IMG/VR virus record: IMGVR_UViG_3300027082_000001
Span: 1-64,000 of that record
From: a virus
Reading direction: 5' to 3' (one strand)
DNA: 64,000 nt
The position numbers and the translations under genes were made by a program. How positions within the stretch are numbered: the stretch's first letter is position 1; every line of letters starts with the position of its first letter. The notes under the pieces were generated by a model. It made no database searches. It worked only from the letters and a program-made list of their open reading frames with translations, and was not told the origin of the DNA. Positions 20,003 through 29,300 of this stretch are shown piece after piece.

Positions 20003-20189
20003 ACTTTGCAACATTTTCAAAGCACTGGCAGGGACGATAGGTATCGTCCTTGCCTTTATCATCATAGCAATCATTGGAGTTGCTGTGTCCTTTGTCGGCT
20101 TCTTTCTATTCTGGGGCCTCATCGGCATTGCTGTTGTCATGTGCATTTTCTTCGTCATCTGGGCTATGCTCGACGAAGCAAAGGATTGA
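19992..20189 (+). CDS. Small two-TM membrane protein
   Basis: 65 aa, almost entirely hydrophobic. Confidence 0.65.
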   Translation: MWTKLCNIFKALAGTIGIVLAFIIIAIIGVAVSFVGFFLFWGLIGIAVVMCIFFVIWAMLDEAKD

Positions 20190-20190
20190 T

Positions 20191-20220
20191 CTTATTGGTG
20201 TGGCAACCAATAAGGTCTTT
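20191..20220 (+). terminator. Hairpin, probable terminator of the middle operon
   Basis: CTTATTGGT-gtggca-ACCAATAAG followed by GTCTTT. Confidence 0.55.
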
Positions 20221-20368
20221 GGCCACCCGGTTGGTGCTCAACAAATTCCGGCGTTACCAGACCTGACGATAGAGAGGTCTTCCCGGCATCACAGAGTAGG
20301 TCGTAGACAGCAAGCCACTGTCATCCTGTGCGGGGATAGAGTGGTCAGGGGTCGCTCCCCTGACCCCC
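20220..20368 (+). ncRNA. Candidate structured RNA in a convergent intergenic region
   Basis: Several nested stems (see findings); no family recognised. Confidence 0.35.
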
Positions 20369-20371
20369 CTG

Positions 20372-23300
20372 TTACCTATTCATCAGATTGTACCACGGGT
20401 TGAGTTCTGGTGCGTTAAACATCATTCCAAGACCCGTGGCATAACCCAATCGGTTCTCACCAATCACAGTGAAAATGTTGTCTCCAACCGGAGAACCGAC
20501 ATCTAATGCTGAGTTCACAGCCAGAGCACGTACTGGATTGTCCCGAAGCTGCTGCATCGCAATCTTCGTGATCCGCAGTTTGAAGGCCATGAACCACAGC
20601 ATACCATACCCTTCCAAAGCGGAACGACTACGACCCGGAAGAACACTGTAGTTGACGAATTCTTCGTTCATCTGAGTCAGTGCCTTATCCTCGCTAAGTC
20701 CCTGTTCAATCAGGTGGTCGTAATAGATAGACTTAGCCAAGAAGTCCCCATACTGAGTGGCACGGTTTGCCACATGATAGATCTGCGTGGACTTCGACAC
20801 CAATCCCACTCCAGCAAGATCACCGGCTTTTGGATGCACTTTGTTTGCCATGGCTTCCATGTACTCACCAATACGACCAGAAGACACTTCAACATCCATC
20901 TCCGTGAGACCTTCAACAAGCTGTTTGTACGCACCCGCAGCCAGCACAGGAGCGATGCTCATTTTCTGGTTCAGGTCTTCAAGCACCTTGATCTTGTCAT
21001 CAATGATCTGACGCTGCTTGTCGTTCCGAGCCAGAAGCATCTTCTTGGCATCCAGTTCGATGATCTTCGTCCGGTTCTTGTTGTACTCCTCAACTTCAGC
21101 CAGTTTCCGACGGAAGCTCTTCTGAATAGTTTTCACAGGCACACCACGAGAAGCCAACTGAACGATATTGGCCTGAAGGTTCACACTCGGAACCACAAGA
21201 GACCTAATCAAAATCCAGTCTTTAGCTGTAGACACAGTATCTTGCAGAATCTCCTCACCACCTGTGAGAATACGCATGGCCTTGGTCCCAAGGAAACGCT
21301 CACTGACACCTTTCACAGTCGCTTGGAGAGCCTTGGGCAATCGAGTCTTCCCAGACCACATATCGGCCAGTGAGAACTCCCTGTAGCCTACTGAGAGGTT
21401 CACCATCGACTTAGGGACCATGACACCATCATCACCAAACAAATTCTCCATGTAGAGCTTGGTAGACTGAGGGATGAGGCTCCATGAGTCTTTGTAGATT
21501 GGATCGTCTGTTTTACTCAAATCAATGAAAGTGGCTTCTTCGCCTGCTTCTCGGTTGTCCCAGATATTCTTCAGTTCGTCAGCCAACTGTTTATTGTACT
21601 GATCTGCCAGACTTTCTTCCACCTGACGACCCTGCCAAGCACCAAGCATCACAGCAAGGTTTTCATCACGACCCATGTGAGTGTCGATCATCTCTTGAGA
21701 GATAGACCGCTCGAAACCAATGATGTCACCATCAGGACCGAAAACAGGCATCAGGGCTTCTTGATCATTTTCCAGTTCCACAGACTCATCCAGTTGGTTC
21801 TCCATGATCCGTTGAATCGCACCATCTTCACCAGAGATGAAACCAGCAGTATCACCTGTCACAGTCAGTCCCGTGTTCACATCCACACCACGATAAGTCA
21901 TAGCCACGTTCTGGACCACACCCTGAGAATAGATACCCTGACGACGGACAGTGGACACATAGTAGGACCGAGGAAAGATCGAATCAGTCTCCCCAGTGTA
22001 CGAAATATTCAGCTTCTTGTAGCCTTTCCGTTCCATATCTCCTTCAGCCTCATCCAGAGCCACAGTGATGTGTACGTTCTTGGCTCCCTCGTTCGGGATG
22101 TAGCCTTTGTATCCATTCAGACGGGCTTGCTCCGAGATGTCTTTGGCTTCTTCAGCCTCATTCAACTGTTGCAAATATGCCACAATCCCAAGGATCCCAA
22201 CGGGATCTTCCTGCCACAGACGAACAGTTTCTTCCCGAGTCTGCGAATCCATCTTGTCCACAGCTTCAAGAGTGATCCACCGATCCAGCAGATCAATCGT
22301 AGCCTGATCCACATCACCTTCGAGGTTCTTCCCGATGGCATAAGCATTGCGAACCAAGAGTTTACCGACAGACTGTCCATTCATATAGGCAGCCAGTTGA
22401 CGACCTTTTTCAATGGCAGCTTGGAAGTTCGAACCAGACAGAGATTGCTGAAGCTGGGTTTCGATACGCTGCATTTCAGCATGACGAGCACCAGACTCTT
22501 CCATGAAACGCATGGATCCCTTCATATTCTCCAGATCCACCATGCGAGAGAAGTCAGTCTTGGCCAGAGTCTGGAACATCGAAGTCCATTGTTCCTTAGT
22601 CGGAGCCTCTTTGAAGGACCGATCCAAGATCACCGGAAGATCTTGCCGGAATGCCTGACGCATACCCGACACAGAAGCGTTCACACGGTCGAGAAGAGCC
22701 ACAACATTTTTATTCTGAGCATCAGTCCCTACCATCTCCGACACCAGTTCCCGAATAGGAACCAAGGAAAGGAAGGGGATACCCATGTGAGTGACACGCT
22801 TGGCAGCCTTGTTCGTCAGATCAGTACCCGGCTTGTCCAGATAGTTAGTTGCGAACGTAGCAGCAGCCACAAGGTATTTCTGAGTATCCGAACGAATCGA
22901 AGCCTGCACCTCACGGTTCTTGGCACGCATCAAATCAGCCGACTGGGTGAATTTCCCAGACACATACTCATCAGCAGCAGTAAGAGTTTCCGTGGCTTTC
23001 TTCAGTACACGAAATTCACGCTCCACATCATGATCAATAATTGTACCAGCCACAGTTGCTAGAACATCTGCCGGAACCTTATTGGTTTCCATCGACCCAG
23101 TAAGTTTCTGCATCGTAAATGCAGCAGTCTTGGTCAGAAAATCATTTAGAGATCCATCACCAACCGGACCACTTTCCGGAGCAGGGATTTGATCCAGAGC
23201 ATTCCGGAATTTCTCAGAGGTCTGGCTCAATGCGAAGAGTACAGCCACAGCATGACTCGGTTCTTTGGACTCACGAAGAGCATTCAGAACAGCAGAGTAG

Positions 23301-26300
23301 GTGTTACCTGCTTCTGAATCTGTGCCAAACATTTCAGGAGAGAGGTTGTCTTCGATGTGACCAAAGATCTTTGTCAGACCGATCAAAGCATTGCTGTTCA
23401 GTTTCATGTCAGACAACACAATACCGTAGATCGCTTTGAAAGTGGCTTTGTCCTTGTTGTTCCGCAGCATTCCAGCTTGACGCAGGTTTTCCAAAACACG
23501 TTTAGCACGAGCTAGATCTAGAGAGGTTTTCATGAGTTTCGGATCTTGCGTCTCCGCAAGTCCTGCCATGTAGTCCTTGATGTTCTGGATCCAATAGTTC
23601 GTGAATTCACCAAACGGACCAGACGATTCCGAAGGACCACCATCTCCACCGTCATCTCCACCAGAACCATTGCCACCATTATCCACAGGAGTCGCGTTCA
23701 AAACACGAGTATTGAACACCACCTGCGAGAACATATCAGAAGGGACACCACCCATCACACGACGAAGCAACTGGATTACCTTGTTTTTCATCGAAGCAAG
23801 GATATTGGCTTGCGTACCTTCTAGCTTCTGACGGACCTGAGAAGACGACAAAGCATAAGCCATGAACTCATTGAGAGCATTGGCATTTGCTACAGGAGTG
23901 TTCTTCACCAGACGACGGTTGATGGCTGCCTGTGCTTCTCGGATCTTTTTCTCACCGTCCAGTTCCATGAACTGCGCCATAAGAGCTTCAAGTCGTTCCA
24001 CAGCAGGGTTGGTCTCACCTTTATAGTGGGCCAGAACCTTGTTGTAGGTTGCAGCATGAACCATCTCATGAAGCAGGGTTTCACCCGTAGCAGTGGTCAT
24101 GAAGACGATATCGTTTGCTGCATCGTACTGGCCTTTGGCTTTCAACACGACACCATCTTGAGCAACGTGCTCACCACGCCACTTATTCAGTTGATCAAGC
24201 GTACCAAAGACCACACGAGTCTCACCCATGAGAGGTTTCAAGATCCCCACAACCTTCTTCTGAGCTTCAGTCCACCGAGTATTTTCCAGCACAGCTTTGC
24301 CCGTCAGAACACGAACAGGAGTTTTCACTTGCTCTTGAGCATCAGGATCACGACCTTCCATCTCACGTTCGATTCGTTGGTTCACAGTATGAAAGTCCCA
24401 TTCATGACCATCACGAGTGAATCCCACATCAGAACCACCCATCTGATCGACAGACACAGCCATCTGTTTCATGACTTTCTTACGAGCACGGTTTTCTCGA
24501 AGACGACGCTGCATCTGCTCCAGAAGATCTGCCGCATTGGAAGTCTGGACAGTCTCTTTTTTGAAGTCTCCAATGACTTCAGATTCTGCTTCTTGCAAGA
24601 GATCCGGATCCGAAATGGAATTAAGGAAACCTTCAAAATTCATAATTGGCATAGCCAGAACATCACGATCCCAAGACTTCAGAACCTGTTGATTCACATA
24701 AGGAGCATATTGTTTGATTTTGCCAACAGGAACGTCCACCCCATCATGAATTCCCAACACATCATTTGGTGCGTCTTTTGAACCAAAGATGAGATTCATC
24801 ATCATCGCATCACCCGTACCAATAACAATGTATGGAATAGCTTTGACTCCAACATCATCAGGACGACGCATTCTTGCAGGCTGTTTAAGCCTTTCATTGA
24901 AATTGCTAGAAAACTTGAATGTTGTCAGTTTCTTTTGGAAACCACCAATAGCAAGAGTCTGATCATCAGACACAAATATTGGTCCTAGTTGGCTAAGTTC
25001 CTCTTCCAATTTTTTCCATTCTGCACGAGGAATTTGCCCATGAATTGGAACACCTTTCTTGTTTCGACCAATTTTACCTTCATTGGCCAGATGTTCTGCC
25101 AGTTGTTCGACACGACGATCAAAGAGTTTCTGAAGATAACGATTCTGAATGTTGGTCGATAGGACCAGCATATCATTCAGTTCCTGAATACGATTACCCA
25201 GTACTTCACGAGTCGAGTCGGTTAGAACACGACCAATGGTGAACATGATCGACTTTCGGAAATTCTCCACTTGCTCTTTTGGAAAGACGAAATTTTCATC
25301 ATATTCTTGAGGCAGTTTCAGACCCATGGTTGCCATGTCCTGCTCGAAGCCAGCATAAAACACATCATCTATAGTTGTTTCTTCAGTGAGAGTCTGAAGC
25401 TTTTCATAAAATGCCAGCAGCATGTCATCTGCCACACCAATAGCAACACCCATCACACCTGAACCATAATTGACTTTGGTTACAGGATTTTTGGCTGTTT
25501 CTCTGGTCATTTTGTAAGTGTAAGTTCCGTCAGAGTTTTTCACAATCTCGAAATTACCAATAGATGCAGCCAAACGCTGTGCAGCAGCACGCTGTTCTTT
25601 TTGCCATGGTTTCAGACGATGACCACCCAAAGCCATCATTCGATCACCAACCTTACTCACGGTTTGGTAGAGATCGACATTTGTCTTATCTTTGAAATAG
25701 TCATTTAAGGTCATTCCTTTTTTACCAAGGTAAAGACCCACACGCTTCAGATTCTCCCATTCATCTGGAGTAAACAAACCATGACCAAAGTTCACCATCA
25801 TATTGGCTGCACCATTGGTTTTACCATCCATCTCAAAGCTCTGAGACATACGAAATTCAGATTCACCATTCTCTTTGGCAATTTCCATAGAAGCAACAGA
25901 TTCAATTGCACCCAATACTTCCGGATCAACTATTCCCACAACAGTTGCGAAAGCATCTGCATCAAACGAACCTTCTTCCAATAGTTCTTTTATCATGACC
26001 ACAGCAGGACCAAAATCCTCTGCAAAGTCTTCTTGAATGTTTTTAATATGAGCTTCTTGATCAATCATCTCTGGTTTTATCAAACCAGTTGCTTGTCCAA
26101 CACCTAACCAGAACTCATCCATATCATTTTTAGAAGCAAAGCTAAGTGTATTCCACGTCGGAGTGGCAAGCATACGAAGCAGCTTGTTTGTCTGAGCATT
26201 TGGTCCTTGGTGGTGATGTCTACCTCCTTTAGAGATAGCAATAGGGTAGTAAATAGGTTGAGACACATCTCCTTCTAGAGACCCAACCAAATTCACCACA

Positions 26301-29300
26301 TCTCGAATGTTCTTATCAATAGAAGCATTTTTTCCGATAGCAGATTTTCGAAGAATGACATGAGTCATATTTTCAGCATCAGGAATCCAACCAAGCATAC
26401 GCATTAGAGGACCGTCTCCCAAAGCTTCCAATAGTTTAAGACGAGCTTCATTTACATAATGAGGAATGTTTTGTTCTTGCTTTATAGCATTACGCTCAAG
26501 CTCAGACAAAGATACATTTCCTCTGTCTTGATAAGAAGGAACGTGTTTGATCTTCTTACCAATTGAATACATCTCACGTTTTTCATTGAAAACTTTTTCA
26601 CGAACTGTGTTTGGCACACCTTTTTGAGTACTCGAACGAATACGATCCTGAAGCTCTTTAAGTCGTGTTGTATTCACTTTAATAGAATCTGCAAAAGCAG
26701 TTTCTGTTACAGTAGATTTTTCTCCTGTATCTGGATTTATCACATCATAAGTGTATTGCTCTTTACTTTCGATTTTCAAAAATTCTACGATCTTCATTTT
26801 TTGCAAAGCAGTCAAAAGTTCTGCTGCAAAACCTTGAGCAATGCCTTGAAGATCTGCTTCAGCAGATTGCTCATTAGGTTTCAAGTTCATCAGACGAATA
26901 AAATCATCTGCAAGCTGGTCTTTAAGCTGACTCACTGGCACACTGTTAAGAATGTTTTTCAACATACTTTCATCAATTTCATTGATAGTTGTGCCAAGAT
27001 CCTCAAGTGTATCATCCAACTTATTGGGATCAATTGGATTTGCAGTTGCAATGAAATCTGTAATTACAATTGCAGCCATATCCATAATACGGTTGTCATA
27101 TTGCTTTGTCTCAGGGTTTACAAACGTACCTGCTTGAAACTGAGTAAACTGAACCAGACCATCTTTGATAAAATCAATTACTCTCTTGTATCGACCACCG
27201 TTTCGTACATGTTCTTTGAGACGTTTATTCATAGTTTCTGCCAATTCAGGCAAAAGCTCACGAACTACAGAAACATGTTCCGGATTGAATTCAGCATTCT
27301 CCAGATCAGAAATACTGTTCAGAGGAGCTTCAGTCTTACGAGTCTCATAGTGCTCATCCAGCATAGGATGAGTGACCACCGGGGTTGTTCCAGTGGTTTC
27401 ACCCAAACCAGCTTCATTGTTGATTTCAACAACACCAGTATTGTAGATTTTACGACCAGTTTGGTATTGCTCTTCTAGCCACATTTGACGACCAGCAGCA
27501 TCATCTATACCAACGCGATTGATGTACTCCTCAGCAAATTGAAGCCATTTGGAATATAGATTCCTAGATCTTTCAGAATATCCTCGTTTTTTACTCCATT
27601 CGAGAGTATTTTCTGGTTTCACATTATCTGGGTAATTCCCACCATGAAATTCATCCGCAGACGTTTGCAAGGCCAAGTAATCGTATACCGTTTCTAGGTC
27701 AGCATCAGACAGATTTTCTGGATTTCTATTCAAAAGATTTACAGGTACTTCCGGGACGTGTGTTTCCAAACGATATAGGCCATTTGGAATCTCTGAAGCA
27801 TTTCCATCATAGAGTGGATAATCTTTTATTTCGGGGAAGGTTGATCCTTCAGCGGTATCTCCTCCGTCGGAGGTACTGGTGTCTTCGGTATCGGTTCCCA
27901 ATTCCTCACCCGTCGTAGTCGCGTCCGTCGCTGTCGCTCCGGTCTCGTCTACTCCGTTCTCGGAATCGCTCACCTCTTCGTCAGCCGTTGGGTTTTCACC
28001 TAACAACTGATCAATAAGTTGAATTTTTCGACTCTGTGGAATTTGATCCCAACTACGTTTTGCAGCTTTTTCAATTGTATTATCTGATAGATTGGGAAAT
28101 GCTTCAGAAAGTTCACCTTCTTTTCGTTCTTGAGACAGGTTTTCCCAAATTTCTTTTGCTTGTGTTTCTCGATCTTGATCAGAATTCTTTTCATTATTCG
28201 CTATGAACAAAGAAACATTAGGATCCCATTCCTTATTTTGAATACGATCTTGTGCAATGTCTTCCAAAAGATGAACATTATAATTTTCATCAGAATTAGG
28301 ATAAATACCTGCATTATCCATTGCTTTACGTTCTTTATTTGTAAGTTGAGAACGGTTTAGATCACCCTCTCTAGCAAGCATAAGTACACGTTGAGGAATT
28401 TTTGAATAATCTACATCCTCGCTGGTGCTCGTCGCTTCCTCCCCTTTGGGGTCGGAAGACTCCTCGACACCCGTTGGTTGCTCGGATTCATTTACAGTAT
28501 CAGCAGGTGTCAAAGACACAGGTTCAATTGCAGGCATATTTTCGAAGGTCTCAGGAAATTCTTTCCGGAGAGTGTTGTACACTTCGATCAGATCATTCTG
28601 GTCCTGTGCAACCTGTTGCGCAAATGCAACACTATTGGGGTTGTCCGGAGAGTAAAATACTCCCCGAAGGTTGTTTGAACCAAGGGAAGAGCTTTGAAAC
28701 TTGCCATTCACCAACCCTTCATAGTCTTTTTTGACTCCTTCACGGAGACCTTTCTTATTGGTAAAGCTCTCAGCAACAGAATCGTTCAATGCCTGCACTT
28801 TGTTCTTCATGTGCTGGGCAAAGTTACTCATTTGTTGAGTAACTTGTCGAACAGGAACTACCTCTCCTTTTTGGTTGATGACTGTAGCATCTGCGGGATA
28901 GGCACCTGTCTGTTCCCCGGATTGCACAGCACTCAGGATGTCCCGTGCGAAGTCATTGATGGACCGGTATTTGGCCTTTAGGTCATTGTCGGTCTTTCCT
29001 TCAGCGTGAATTTGCCGTGAAACTCCTTCCACAGTAAGATCACGTTTCTTCGGACGGGACGCCTGAGTGAGATTGATGTTCTCATTGGTCCGGATTTCCA
29101 CCTGTTTCTCAAGGTTCCGGTTCACAATACGACCGATCTTTGAAGCCACACGCACATAACGTGCTTCTTCCGGAGTGAGATCTTCACCCGACTCTTCAAG
29201 AATCTTGTCAGCCACATCTGGATTGACGTTGGCTGGATTGGTTTTCGCCACATTCACAGTGGTGGTGACATCTGCTTCTTCCGGGTTACGGTTCAGATCA

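Noticed and set aside
20343-20368. IS200/IS605-type end or REP element
   Set aside because: Single copy and no HUH transposase in the window; treated as part of the structured intergenic element.
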